A stretch of 64,000 nucleotides of DNA from Lama glama (taxonomy: Eukaryota), in the NCBI GenBank assembly GCA_028534125.1, contig CM052816.1, positions 92,878,001-92,942,000 of the forward strand, written 5' to 3'. Within the stretch, counting starts at the first letter, position 1, and each line of letters opens with the position of its first letter. This document shows positions 39,171 to 52,386 of the stretch, in pieces. The notes under the pieces were generated by a model. It searched no databases, was not told the origin of the DNA, and worked only from the letters and a program-made list of their open reading frames with translations. The translations under genes and the position numbers were made by a program.

Positions 39171-40189
39171 GACCTTCTACTCTCTTTCTAAATCAAAAGG
39201 CTTAAAATACTAAATAAGCAAATCATGATTCTTCTTTCTTGCTAAAATGTCTTGTGGTAGGAAGGGCTTATAGAATTACAGGGGATGAATTTTCCAGAGC
39301 ACAATCTAACAAGCACAAGGGCAGTCACAGAAAATAGAGAACACAGTGTATGAAACTGAGACTGCCTCCCTCAAATCAAGGGCCCACGTTCGATGTCATC
39401 ATTTAATGGAGCAAAACACTGAACAGCAAGTACTCACTTTGCCTGTAACAAAAGATCTGCACCCAGTGGTCCATGGTTGCTAGAACTGAGTGCGCGCACA
39501 CACTTCCCAGAAATCCCCACTGAAGCAGAACCCAAAGAGCTGCGTTAAATTCACTGGGGAGAAACATTCAATGAAGGGCAGCAGGCAAGTCTCTCAAATT
39601 GTGACTCATAACTCATTCTAACATACAAACTCTGCTCCGTTCCCTCCTCGGAACATGTTAAGGATCCTGCAAAAAGACCCGCCCCACCCTCATCCTGACA
39701 CGTGCCCGTTCCCCACGCCATCCCGCACGCCGCATCATTCATTCTTACCATCTCAGCGCTTTCCTTCTCCTCTCTTCTGGCAATTAGTACAAGGAAATGA
39801 AGAGGATAAACTGTTTTTTCCACAACAGGTGTCATCTTTATAAGCCATACTTATTAGAAATTAATCTCCTTTTCTTTTTTGGCAACTCCTTATTTTTCAA
39901 TTTTGTGCTTCCACATCCCCAGAAAGTGAGCTGCTGATGGAGTCTGGCAGCTCTTTTCTTAAACATGCCTCAGGGGAGTTCCAGCGCATGACTTCATCTG
40001 TTTTCTTTGGGTGACTAAGTGACAAGGCACGGAGCTGAACAGAAGCTGACCGCTAACTGCCAATTTGAACAGTTTCAACTTGAAGATGTAGGTTCATTTG
40101 TCACAGTAGTATGGCTAAGCATTTTGAAACTACTTTCTGCATTTTCTAGGACTGAGTAAATCAATAAAGACACTGAGGATAAAAGGAGC

Positions 40190-41700
40190 CCTCACTGTCA
40201 GAGAAGGGAATTACAAATTTGGGGAAGGGAAGACTTAAATACTGTCTGTAATACTGCCCAGAACTGAAGGGATGAGTATAAACTTGCAGTTTTTATTATA
40301 GACTGATATGTGCACAAAGAGACTGGGACACCTATGTATGTGATGTGTGTATGTGTGCATATATGTGTGTGTGTACATATACACACACTCCCTGCTTCCT
40401 AGCTCTGCGCACTGAGAGGTGCTAAAAGTAATGACAGCCCAGAAGCAATAAGCACACTGAGTACCCAGACTGAGTTTCTTACCACAGCTTTCTGCTAAAA
40501 TGAACCAAGGCTCCTTAGAGAAATGGCTGATTTCAGAGCTGGAGTCAGGAAAGGACAACATAAACCTGGAACATCTTATTGTGTCAGAAAATAAGAGAGT
40601 GCTCAAAAAATAAAGGGCACAGGTCACAAAAAATAAAGGGGCCAGCCTGAAAGGACATCACTGACCAGATCTTGGAAAAGCTGAGCATCAAACTAAATAA
40701 TGACAGCAAAGGACTATAATCCACTGAGTAAAACAGGATCCATGAGGCCACACTTGGAAAAATAAGTGGGGCAGAAGGAAAGGCTCCTCCTTACAGCAGA
40801 AAGCCAACAAAATACAGAAGGAATACTGAAGTTAGAAATATCACCATTTTACGGGGAGGATATAGCTGAGTGGTAGAGCACGCACCTAGCATGCACAAGG
40901 CCCTGGGTTCAATCTCCAGCACCTCCATCAAAATAAATGAATACCTAATAACCTCCCCCAAAACAATCAAAAATAATAATAATAAATTTAAATTTTTAAA
41001 TTAAAAAAAAAAGAAAAAGCACCATTTTACATCATAGTAACCACTGATTCAGGCAAAAGTCATCACCGAGACTACAACCAGCAAAGGAAAGTTGGGAAAG
41101 GAGCAGGATTTTACGTAGTCTCCAATTACCTCCCCACAAAACGCTCATCACAAGGGAAAAACACAGTGGGGAAACCTAGTCGTCACCACCTGAACCAAGT
41201 GACGGAATGAACGTCCCAGAGGGCCGCTGACAGCTGTGTCCCTGACGGGGAGCTCTGGGCAGGACGCAGCCTTCTGCCACAAAGGCGCGAACTCAACCTG
41301 GTGGGCCGGAATCATAAAACACAAACTGAGGGATAGTCTTCCAAAGAACGGGCTAGAATCTTCGAAAATATCAAGGTCAGAGAGAGACAAAGTAGGGAAA
41401 TGTTCCAAGTTAAAGAAAACCAAAGAGACATGACAATTATATGTAATATGTGGTCCCAGATAGAATGCTGGACTGCCAATATTTTTTTAATCGCCAAAAA
41501 GGATGTTTCTGGAACAACTGGTGAAATGTTATTAAAATCAGTAGATTCAGATAATAATATTATATCAAAATTAATGTCCTGATTTGGGTCATTATGTAAG
41601 ACAATGTCCTTGCTCTTAGAAAATTCTATTTAACCACCTTTTCGAGGTTAAGGGCATCTCTCTTCTGTAACTTACTCTCAAATAGTTCAGAAACAAAATA
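40190..41700 (+). mobile_element. Old L1 3' end (L1MC-type), interrupted by a SINE
   Basis: aaccaaggctccttagagaaatggctgatttcagagctgg, ggaacatcttattgtgtcagaaaataag, ccacctgaaccaagtga, gttccaagttaaagaaaaccaaagagacatgacaa, aacttactctcaaatagttcagaa. Confidence 0.85.
40853..41011 (+). mobile_element. Camelid tRNA-derived SINE with TSD
   Basis: ggggaggatatagctgagtggtagagcacgcacctagcatgcacaaggccctgggttcaatctccagcacctcc with an A-rich tail. TSD core caccattttac at 40842-40852 and 41020-41030. Confidence 0.92.
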
Positions 41701-41716
41701 ACATGTAAATTTAGTG

Positions 41717-41743
41717 TATATATATATAAAATATATATATAAA

Positions 41744-41776
<33 letters not shown>
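41717..41776. repeat. Compound (TA)n / (GT)15 microsatellite
   Basis: Interrupted TA run followed by perfect GT repeats at 41747-41776. Confidence 0.95.
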
Positions 41777-41778
<2 letters not shown>

Positions 41779-43239
41779 TGAAATAGCAACAATTCTGGAA
41801 GCTGAGTTCTTCTCTGAACATGAGTTCTGGCTTCTCAAAACAAAGCTACCTGCCCATCCCCCTCAAAAAACCTGAACAAACGTTAAATGTAATCAACAGT
41901 GAAGACGTGAACCAACTAAATAGCCAAAAACAAACGTACAGTGAAATCTCAATTCGACTAAGCTGATACAGATTTGAGCCTTGTACCTTCTCTGTTGGTT
42001 TAAAATCAAAGATAAACTAAAACAGCATGTCAAAAGCACATATCTCCCCCAAAGCAGCAAGCCAACCATACCTTTTTAATTCCACAAATTTTTAAAAAGC
42101 AAGAATTAAACAAAAACAAAAAAACTTGAAATGTTTACAAATTCCTTGAGAAAACCAGGAGGAAATGAAAAGTAGATTTTAAGAGTACAATTCCCTTCAG
42201 ATTATATAATGTCTACACTCAAGTGCCAGCATTTCAACCATCCTCTGGGCTGAAATATTAAAAGTCCACGGTAGATGAGAAGTTGCTCCAAGACACAAAC
42301 ACAGAACGTGCTCACAGTATGGACATGATGCTGGGAGTTGCACATGGGCTAAACCTGAGCTAGCATCCCATAAAATCAGGCTCCACATGTGAGGGGGGAC
42401 GAAAATGCACCCCACAAATAGGAAAACCTAGAACACGTACCCAAGAGTTACCTCACTGAGTGTGAGAAATTAACCACAGTCATCCTCTCTGTGCACATTT
42501 CCATGAATAACAGCAAAGAAATGAGTGGCTGCAGCAAAAAAGCTAAATATAGAGATCCCAGGAGTTACCACACCCACCTTACAAAACTGGCCCCCAAAAA
42601 GCAGCTTAGCAGCCTCCGGCCCCTCCCCGTTCCCCCACCCATGTGCCCTTCCTTTGTTACAAAGGAAGCCCCAATAATCTTTATAATGTGTCACACAGAG
42701 CAACCGGCTGAAAAACTTCCCTCCCTGGCCAGCCTCTCCCCGCCCTTCCCGAACTTCCCTCGGCCAACCTTGACAGCCAGAGACTTCCTCCCCAGCACTG
42801 CAGTCCAAGTCAGCACAGCCTGGGAAACAGAGGACCAGCGCGGCCAGGGGAGTCCTCCCGAGACAGAAACCGGTGGGAGCCAGGAAGCCTCCACACACCT
42901 CAGTGGGGAAGCTGGGGTTACTAGGGTTACTGATGTAAAAAGGAACACCGGTTTTAATTAGGTGAGAAAAGAAACGGCATAGAAGCTAAATTACAGGGCT
43001 CAGACCAACGTGGAAAAAAAAGCTTGCTCTATCCTGGAATCTTTCATTCCACTTTTGTTTGGTGTGAGACTTGTAAATTACAGCTTCCCTCTTCAGCACA
43101 CAAGGATATACATATTTTGTTTTAAAGATCTGAGAATTATAACACAGGACCTTGTGGGATGCTGTACAGAGTGAGGATCATTTCTGCTCTCTCTCGCCAT
43201 CAGGGAGGGAAAGGGCACATGAGGGCTTTGAGGTCTGGC

Positions 43240-43410
43240 AGCCATGGTTTAAGTTCCAGCTTGAGCCCTGACAAGCAGGGCAAACTGGGGCGGTCATTCA
43301 ACCTCCCCAGAGGCTGAGATCCTCTTCCTAACACAGAAATAGCATCCACCTGCGGGAAGGATCTGACCTTCTACGAGAAAGTATATGTAAAACACCTGCA
43401 CGGTAGCTCG
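43240..43410 (+). mobile_element. MIR SINE
   Basis: ggtttaagttccagcttgagccctgacaagc...ggcggtcattcaacctc...gtatatgtaaaacacctgcac. Confidence 0.6.
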
Positions 43411-45849
43411 AATCAAAGGTACTCAAGACAGCAGCCAGTCATGGCAGCAATACAGGTAATAGTTCAGAGAAAGACTTTACTAGGTTTTCTTGAAGGACAG
43501 AATTTGCATTAACAGCATCCGGAGAGAAGAAAATAAACATATTTTAAATATCATCCTATGACATTACGAGCAGGTTATTACTTTCTGGATGCACTTAATT
43601 TTACTCTCTTATGGAGCGTAGTTCCAAAGGTGTTATCTGACCCCTGATGGCTGGGGGTCCTGGCCTCCCACCTGCTCTGGCAGCTGCTGCTAAAGATTTA
43701 GGTGACAGACAGCAAGCATGTCAAGAGGTAGCAGGCCATTCTAACACTATCCGTCATCCTAGTTCCCCCTGAACACCCTGTATGCACACTGCAAGTTGTT
43801 ACGGAAAATTTAGTCTTCCCACCTTAATTCTACATAGGGTTTACAGTCAAAGTTTCCAGTAATATGGTTCAGGGGACAGGTCCCGTCTCACCAACAGACA
43901 GACCCCTTCTGTGCGTTTAGCAACCAGCAGAGCTGAGATAGGACCTAAAAACAAGGTGATGTAGATAAAAGAGATGCCTAAAACAAGAATCCTGCAAATT
44001 GAACTGCAGTTAAGTATCAGGAAAGAAACACGTACACAGCCAGCTAACAAAATGCTGAAACTCACGGACTTCTGCACAAAGCCTCCCCCGTGAGGAGCTA
44101 CCCTCCCAGAGACACTCATCAAGGGACTTGTGAAAGGAACCTGCCACGTGAAGGAAATGTATGGCCTGGAAGCTATTGAGTTAGCACTAGTTCTCAAGGC
44201 TCCTGAACCCAAGATATATCAGGACAGGTGCACAACATTTAGACAGAGGTGAAATAAATGTGTGAAATAGACTCTGCCCCTGTGCAATCTGGCTTTTTGG
44301 CACTAGTTAGGGTCCCCTGCATGCTGGCTACCACCACTGTGGTGCTGAAAAGGGCAGTGAGGGCTGGAAGGGACTTCTCATAATCATGATTTTTTTTTAA
44401 TAAAGCTACCTAACAAGCAAAATAAAAATCTTATTTGTTTAGTCTATTAGACTAATGAGGAATTTGTTCCAGTTATTTGGATGCCCAAATATTAGACACT
44501 TTAAACTTCAGAGATCTTATTGTGAGTGATTCTAGTTCAGTAGGAATACATCAACATTCTAATCAAGGTCTTGTTTCCCAACATAATTGTATCCACCTTC
44601 AGAATAAATAACAGAGGAATTGTACTTTTTGGTCCTTATTATTTAAAAGTTACATTAATAAAGTTATCCAAAAAATACCAAGCGTTTTGTTCTCCTGCAG
44701 ATCCTAGCACACCTGACATGAAGAACAAGGATTAACTAAAAGTAAATGCAAATAAGAAAACATAAAGCTTTCAGAATCCAAATGGCCCAGAAATACCCCT
44801 TTTTAGGTCTGCAGACATGGCATTCAACAGCAGCAACAATGAAGAAAAAGGGATTCTTGAAGATGTGGATCAGCGTGAGAAGAGGCAGTGAAGTAAAAGG
44901 AATAAACAATGGAAAACAATTTTATATATACTGTCTTGACCAACCTCTCACAGACGTTTCACATACATAATTGTCAAATTCAAACTAAAACAGCATGTCA
45001 TTTATACATGTCACTTCATACATACTAAGAACATCAGGTCTTTTTAAATAGATTTCAAATATTAATCTCTGATATATTCATTCCTTCTTGCACTGAAACT
45101 ACCCATTCCACAGAATTCCAAAATGGGGTGTTTTAAGACTTTTCCAAGATACACACAGATACAGACACACACAGACACACACACACAAAGAAAAATCAGA
45201 CACCAACAGACCCTATCTAAAAATATTCGATGACTGTACTTTTAAATTTGAACTGTGCTTTTCTCAAGTTCAAAAATAGTTTTATTTTATGGTTATGAGT
45301 CTTAAGCAGGGGGAATAACACTTTATAAATTCATTAATTAACCATCAACACTGAGAAATACATAGCTTCAGAGTCAAGTACATACAGAAAGGCCCTCGAA
45401 CAGAGGGCCAATGATCTCACACAGAAATTCATGCATGAACAACGCCCCCTCCCCCAAATGAAATTTATTCCTAGAAATTCCTTCTTTAACACAGGAACGT
45501 GAGGCACAGCAGACCACTCTGCATGTACCACTGTTTTTCTATCTGGACAGCAGGAAAACTTACCAGAGTGGGAAAATCTGAAGCTGAAGCAGAAAAAATG
45601 GTGACTACTTTTATCTAAAGACAGTTGTTTCAAGTCAGCAGACTTGACTTATACGCCATATGGATTCCCAAGTTACACTTCTTACAGAATCCAAGAAAAG
45701 GGTCCTTATTTCCCCATAACTACCTTCAAAGTTTCCCTAGACTACCCCTAGACATTAGAAGAAGTTTGGTCCCAGCTCGGGCAGTCTGACAGTTACCATC
45801 TTCAAAATATGTAGAAAATTGTTCAAGTTTACCTAGAGAAATGACTTGC

Positions 45850-46360
45850 TGGATTTCACTTTTGTTCTTATCACATTTTTACTTACATTTCCTTGATTAC
45901 TAGCAAGGCTGAATATCTGCTGGCCAGTTGCACTCTGAGTTGTCTGTTTGCTTATTTTCCTTTTGGATTGCCTTTCTAATTGATTTGTGGAAGCACTTTT
46001 TAAATTCTATATATCGAATTCTTTGTCTGATTTTTAATAAATGTTTTCTCCCAGTTTGTGATTAGCCTTCTTTAATGTTATGTTTTAAGTTAACATACAG
46101 TACAACTAGATCTGTTGTTGTTGTACAGTTCTATGAATTTCAATACATAGAATCACCACCACAACCAAGATACAAAACAGTTCCATCGTCTCTCAAAGTG
46201 CCCCTCGTACGTCCCCTCTGTAGTCCAGCCCTCCCCGTCCCTGACTCCTGGCAATCAACAATTTGCTTTCTGTCTCTGCAGTTCTATCTTTCTGAGACTG
46301 TCATACAAGTGGACTCCCTCCTATGGAGACTTCTGAGACTGTCTGCCTTCACTCAGCATC
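45850..46360 (-). mobile_element. Old L1 fragments (ORF2 end and L1MC/MB-type 3' end)
   Basis: catttccttgattactagcaaggctgaatatc..., ttttctcccagtttgtg; then tgtacagttctatgaattt...accaccacaaccaagatacaaaacagttccatc...ctcctggcaatc...tgccttcactcagcat. Confidence 0.75.
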
Positions 46361-47622
46361 AGCAGAATGGATGGCCCACAGTCTATCTGCTCACACGTAC
46401 CCATCTCAATGCTAACAACAGCAGGCAGCAAAGGGCCTAGCCCTTCCCAGAAGCAGGACAGGACCAGAGCAGTGTATACCAAGTACTTCCTTCCTGGGAC
46501 TGAAGGAAAAGAGGGGAGGGTCCATGCAGCCGGCAGGACCTTGCAGAAATCCCTCCTGAAGAGAAACCCAGTGCAATTCATCACTGTCCACAATACGGCC
46601 ACCGACTGTAAAACAAGCCTGATGAACTCACGTGGACACCGCTAACCCACAGGACCCTAGACCTAGGATCTGTAGACCTGGAATCTGTTGTGTGTTTGCT
46701 AACGTTTTCATTAACGTTTCCTCCGTTAGTGTAACTGCTAAAATGTACTTAACTTATGAAAGAGCCCAAATAGGGTGATACTTGAAAATATAAGATCTGC
46801 TCCATAGATTACTCCACACGCCTCCCCAACCAGACAAGACTAGACACATGGCTCATCAAAACAGTTACCTACACTGCAAGTATATTTGTCACCAAAATGA
46901 GGTTTCATAGTGCCACAGCACACGTGGCATGGGGTCAAACATTCCAGACTCAACAGGAGGTCTCACTGGGAAGAAACCCCAGAAGCTGCACCCTTCCCCC
47001 AGCTCAAGCCCCTACGCCACGTGCTTGGAAAGTCTGCACACTCAACTCTCACCCTAGACATACAGTCTTTCCCAGAGAGCAGGTGATTCACAATTTGGGT
47101 TTCCAGGGGCTTTCTTACATGAAAAGGGACAAAAAAAAAAGGAGGAAATTGAGGTAACACCTATCCCGTAAGCAAACTGAGTGCATCCATTAGCAAATGA
47201 GAAGAGGTGAGGCTTATGCGCTCGACAACCATTAAACAGGAGAGCAAGGATTCCCATAAACAAGAGCATCTGCGCAGAAGGCTCAACGACATCACAATGC
47301 TGGGAGACGACACCGGAAGTTCTAGCCAGGTGCCTCTGCTTCCTCTTTACGAAATGGCAGAGATGGAGTGAAATCGGGGTCTGGTAGGGGCTGGGCACTG
47401 TGGCAGCAAGCAGGAGGCTGAGGCCCCGGGAGACTCTGCCTCCACAGTAGGCACAGGAGCCCAGGGATGGGGGAGAGCAGGGAGAGGGGAGGGTGGCAGC
47501 CAGCCAGTGCCCTGCAGGGCTTTGGCCCGATTCCCACCCTCTCTCTCCTGTTCACTCCTTTGCCTTCAGTTCAAAGATACAGTGATAGGAAGACCCAGAA
47601 TGGCTCCAGCTGAATAACAGTA

Positions 47623-47623
<1 letters not shown>

Positions 47624-47670
<47 letters not shown>
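47624..47670. repeat. (TTG)15 trinucleotide microsatellite
   Basis: Perfect TTG run, 47 bp. Confidence 0.97.
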
Positions 47671-49239
47671 AAACAGCCTCCAAAATGCCCACACGCAAGG
47701 GACAATGAGGAGAGTGCCAGTGCGTGCTTATCCCCTTGCCCAGGCTTACTGAACAGCTCGGTGGGAGCATCTGGAGGATGAGAGAGAACTCTGAGCCCAG
47801 CTGAACATTTACAGAAGAATTGAGCAGGGGATCAGAGGTACCACAACCTTCCACGGGAATCCAGTGGGTCCATTTGTTCACTGCCCACCAAGTAGCTGTT
47901 GTTCTGCCAGCAGAACTACTAAAACTTTGTCAAGACAATGCACTTAAGGAAATAAAAACCAATTCATTATAGAACCAAAGAGGAATGAAGGAGGTTGTTA
48001 GGGCTGCTTTTTATAGTAAAACACAATTCATCCCCATCAACGTAAGTGACTTTACTAGGCAGTAAAGTGTGGCTATTGATTAAGAATTTGACTTTTCTCT
48101 GGAATTTCGCCAAGGATATGAGATAAAATTTTATTTTCTCTATAAAAGACTCAAGAAAATAAACTTAAATATCAGATTATGACAGCTCCAAACACATCTT
48201 TGACTTTCGCTTAGAAACAAATCCCAAACTTACCATAACATTTTAAAGTTCTAAAAAAGCCATCCTAATCACATATTTTTAATATACATTTGAAAAACAT
48301 ATTTAAACCACATGCTTCAGAACCACCGGCTTCATTTATGTCTTGGTGAATGGTTTAAATGGCTTCATTTAAGTATTTGACTCTTGGATGGTTACACTGC
48401 AAAGGGAAAAATACAATATCCCGTTGTCAATAAGTCAGTTTACAAGAGCTCGATGAAAAATTCTTTCAATGACTGTCTTCCTGCTCTTTGGTTTCTTCAA
48501 AATCACTTACAGGATCTTTTTAGCTAACTCTTTGCTTTCCTCTAAAACTTAGCCTCACTGAGCCACTGAAAAAGCGGAAACCAACATTCACCATAAAGGT
48601 ATATATATCTCCTTCAACTACCCTTTTCAAAATATTGAGGGTAACAAGGACATTTCATAATACAACAATTATTATTGGTGCTTACAGGGACCAAAGCCGC
48701 CAGGCTTCTAAATATCCACAGAAGTAGCACAGCCAGCTCAGAGGCCAGATTCTTCAGTGGTATTAGAAACATAAATATGAAGAAAAGTTCAGTCAATATT
48801 CCATGAGGAAATCATCATATCAAAACATAGAAAGACATGCACGCTGCTCCCTCACTAAGTCACAGACTCGCCTGTCTTCACATATTCCATTGGAAAGAGA
48901 AGGGCTGCAGCCAGGAGTCCAGAATAAGACTTAGTAATGAAAGGAACCCAGCACGATGGGCCGTGATGCTTCAGAATAACCACAAACCTTTATTCTCTGC
49001 ACATTCATTTAATGCCAGCCTAAAACATGCCAGGCAGGTTAAAAATAATGCATTTATGTAAGCACCCCCCCACACACACACACACAGACTCTTGCAAGGT
49101 TAAATAGAGAGCTCTGAAAGAATGATTTATTGCCACAAGAACAGAGCCCCAAAATAGATTGGCAATAAAAGTGATTGGTCCCAGCGGGATTAAGAACTAA
49201 TGTAAGCAAAGTCTTGGCCATGACAGGCATCCGGGAAAG

Positions 49240-49350
49240 AGTATCAGACTCAGGGGCATGCTTCCCAGCCCTGACCCCACCTCTACCAGAGTTCCACCCT
49301 GGGCAAGTCATTCAAACCCCCTCAGAAGCCTGATTCCTCTTCTGAACAAT
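49240..49350 (+). mobile_element. MIR SINE fragment
   Basis: ccctgggcaagtcattcaaaccccctcagaagcctgattcctcttctgaacaat. Confidence 0.6.
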
Positions 49351-52300
49351 TAAAAAATAATAATAAAAAGTAAAAAAAATTTTAAGAATTTTGTAACAGA
49401 GTCACTTACATTTGTGATGCCTTTTTAAAGGACAAGTGGGGAATAACCATTAGGTGCTGAGGGCTCAGAGGGAACCACAGAATCCGAGAGGGTAGCAGCG
49501 TTTGAGCCATCTCCCCAGATCCCTCTACAAATGCAGGAGTCCTGTCCACAGCGCCCAGCTCTGAACCCTGGCAGGTGGCAGTGCCCCTGCTCAGGTGCTT
49601 CTAGTAATGGAGAAATTACATGGCAGCCCATTCTACTCCTGAACTGCTCTAATTATTTAAAAGTTCTATGAAGCAAAATTCTCCTTTTTTCATCCAACTA
49701 TGGGTACCAGTTCTCAATCTGTGATAAAATTTAAATGCAGGACAGACAAGGAATAAAGAGGAAAGAAAACAAGGTGGCCTAGCAAACAGTTCCAGGGAGG
49801 AGAAATGAAAGGCAACCAGTAGAAATGCCTTGTGTAGGTCACACTGGCAATCTTAAGTATCAGGCTCACAACACCCTGGAAAAATGTTCACCCCTTCATC
49901 TGTCCACCCTAGATGGACAGATCTTATTTCTGCGTTTCTACATCTTAGGAAACAAAAGAATGTCTGACTTTACTGATTGACTTGACCTCTCTGTTCAGCT
50001 ATCCACATTCAATCAACACTGTCCGGAAGGACCCCCGCCTGAGCCATTCTACCAGGTGAGGTTCCCCCTCACTCCCAGGTCCTAAGTGCTTAGTCCGTCC
50101 GAAAGCCCCATTCCACCCCCAGCAATCTAACTGAACGGTCCCTCTCTACCCTCCCTCTGCTAGGTATCACTGCCCTAGATGCTGGAGCCAAGATCTAGGT
50201 CAGAGATTCAGAGTTGCCCAAAGGAGGGGAAAGCACTTTTAAAAGATGTTCCGGGTGACCCCTGGAATGGAACAGTGCAATTGCTGCCTACTTAAAATCT
50301 GCTCTGGTACCTGTTTCCAAGTCAAACAACTAAAGGGCAGTTTGCCCAATCACTTTGGACGGCGGAAGAAAAGAGTAAACCAGGGAGCAGCACTGACTAG
50401 TTCTGCCCCAAACTGAACATGAACAGGAGCCAGGGCATGGGAGCAAGCACAGGCCCAGGCATGGCCACCAACGTATTTATCTTCCCAGATAAATCCCAGG
50501 GAGAGCCACACTAACTGGAGGAGGGTTTTCTGTGAGTGTCCAGCCCAACCTGATGTCGTTTGGGGCTCTTAAGGGTAAAAGAAATGATTTCTCTACCATG
50601 TATAATAAAGATGTAAAAAAAAGTATGGTCTCACGAGCACCAAAAATTCCATCTCTGGGGCACAGGCGTCCTTCTAGCAGAAAGGAGCTGAATTTACACA
50701 GAATCTATTATTCTGTGACAGGTGGTAGAGACCGAGAGAAGACAGACTAGACTTTAGCTTCAGGGCATAAAGGGAAGACATCCCAGTTCTGCTATTAAGA
50801 GGTAAGACGGGGCTGCGCTACCCGGCAAGTTGCACCAAATAAGGCTTTCATTTGAAGGAGTTCATGTTTTCCTAGAGCTTTGCTTTCTGCGGGGACCTCA
50901 CGGGGAGAGGGAGCACCGGGGAGTATATTAACCCCAAGCTGACAGTGCAGAGTCGGCGTCCAGCCACAAACAATCTGTTAAAATGACTCACAAATAACCC
51001 CGCCTGGCAAAGATCAAGAAAACGAGGGAAGACAGTGCTAAACCAGGTTATCTACCGGCACTGCTAACTTCTGTCTCAGACCATCGCCCTCCCGCTGCAA
51101 ACTGCTCCTTGGGACCCGGATTACAGAACTGATCTCACCGAATCTGGAGACTTGATTTTGAAAGAGGCCACGAAGAAACGTGAGCCGCCGGCCTCCGGCG
51201 CGCGCCCCATCGCAGGCCGCTCCCCCGACGTCCCCGGCCCCGCGGTCCTCCCAGGCGCTGCCGCCAGCACCCCGCACGCGCCCTGCGCCCGCCCGCCCAC
51301 CCCGGCCCCGACCTGGCCCGCCCTCCACCGCTCTCCAGCGCCGAGTCTGCATCCTCCCGGCCCCACGCCTGGCCCGCTGGGCAATGCGTTCCAGGCTCCG
51401 GGCCCCGAGGCCGCCAATGCCGCCCGGACGCGCGAGCAAACGGGACACGACGCGGGGACGCGGGGCACGGGGACGCGGGGTCGCGGGACCGGCTTGCGCG
51501 GGATCTGGGGCCGGGAGGGAGGAGGCGCTGCCGCCACCGGGGTCTCAGGGACGCCCTGTCACGCCTCCCGCGCCTCCTCCCCGCGGGCCGGTCGCAAAGC
51601 TGGTCTCTCCCGCCGCCACCCGCTCCTTGCCCGAGAGACACCGAGCCACCTGGCACTGCCTCTTAGGCAGTGTCCCGCGAGGGCTCGGCCCCGCGCCGCC
51701 CCCCGGGGGCCACCAAGTTCCCAGATGTCCCTCCCGGGCCGCCCCCAGAGACAATGGCTCGCCCATCGTCCGGCCGCGCTTCATTTCTGCCACCACCTCC
51801 CCCTCCTCCCTGGGCAGCGGGTGCCATGGCTGCCCCGTTTCACAGAAGTGTAGATCGAGGCTGGGGAGGTGACAGGCTAGAGGACCGAGCGAAGAAACCC
51901 AGCTGCTTATGGGGTTGAGGAGGGGCCAGGTACAAATCGGCCACGGAGACCGGTCCTAATGAGAACCCGCTTTCCCGGGCCCGGCCCCACCGCCCCAGTG
52001 CGCTCGGCCTCCCTGGTAGGGGCCTCCGCCCTCGCCGTCCCTGCCGCCGCCGCCTCGGCCCTCCCGCGAAAGAGACAAAGAGCCGGCGCCCCAGCCCGTG
52101 GAGCTATAGCCGCCGGGGCGGGCGACAGGGAGGTTTTACCCTGGAACGAGGGGCGGGCGCAGGGAAGGGCGAGCCGGCGGCGTCCGGGCCGAGCCGCGGC
52201 GCCCCGGGCGGCGCTGGCAACAGGACACGCCGGTGTGGATCCGGGAGCCCCGGCGTGGGCCAGTGGCCTGGGCGAGCGCGCGCCGGGGCCGACGGGCAGG

Positions 52301-52386
52301 CGAGCATCGGGCGCGCTGGGGCCCGCCGACCGCGCCTCCGCGGCGGGGTTGGCAGAGCGCGCGAGCAGCAGCGCGGTTGCACTCAC

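Larger units (their letters stand above)
1..52386 (-). other. TRIO: TRIO intron 1 (partial; continues beyond position 1)
   Basis: Starts with GTGAGT after exon 1. I found no exon-2 sequence (FRKNDEMKAMDVLPILK) in the window. Content is non-coding with interspersed repeats. Confidence 0.9.

Noticed and set aside
39432..39460. TTACAG-GCAAA-GTGAGT 5-nt microexon-like pattern on the minus strand
   Set aside because: Very short, frame-breaking, with a short pyrimidine tract. Likely chance.
40853..40925. tRNA-like sequence with A and B boxes (also 25505-25581)
   Set aside because: An A-rich tail, a TSD at the 40853 copy and diverged stems show these are tRNA-derived SINE heads, not tRNA genes.
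51441..51492. Degenerate gacgcgggg tandem units
   Set aside because: Low-complexity GC repeat in the CpG island. It has no spacers and is not an array such as CRISPR.
52136..52386. Continuation of the TRIO ORF past FFRSG (ECNRAAARALC...)
   Set aside because: This is read-through into intron 1 beyond the GTGAGT donor.
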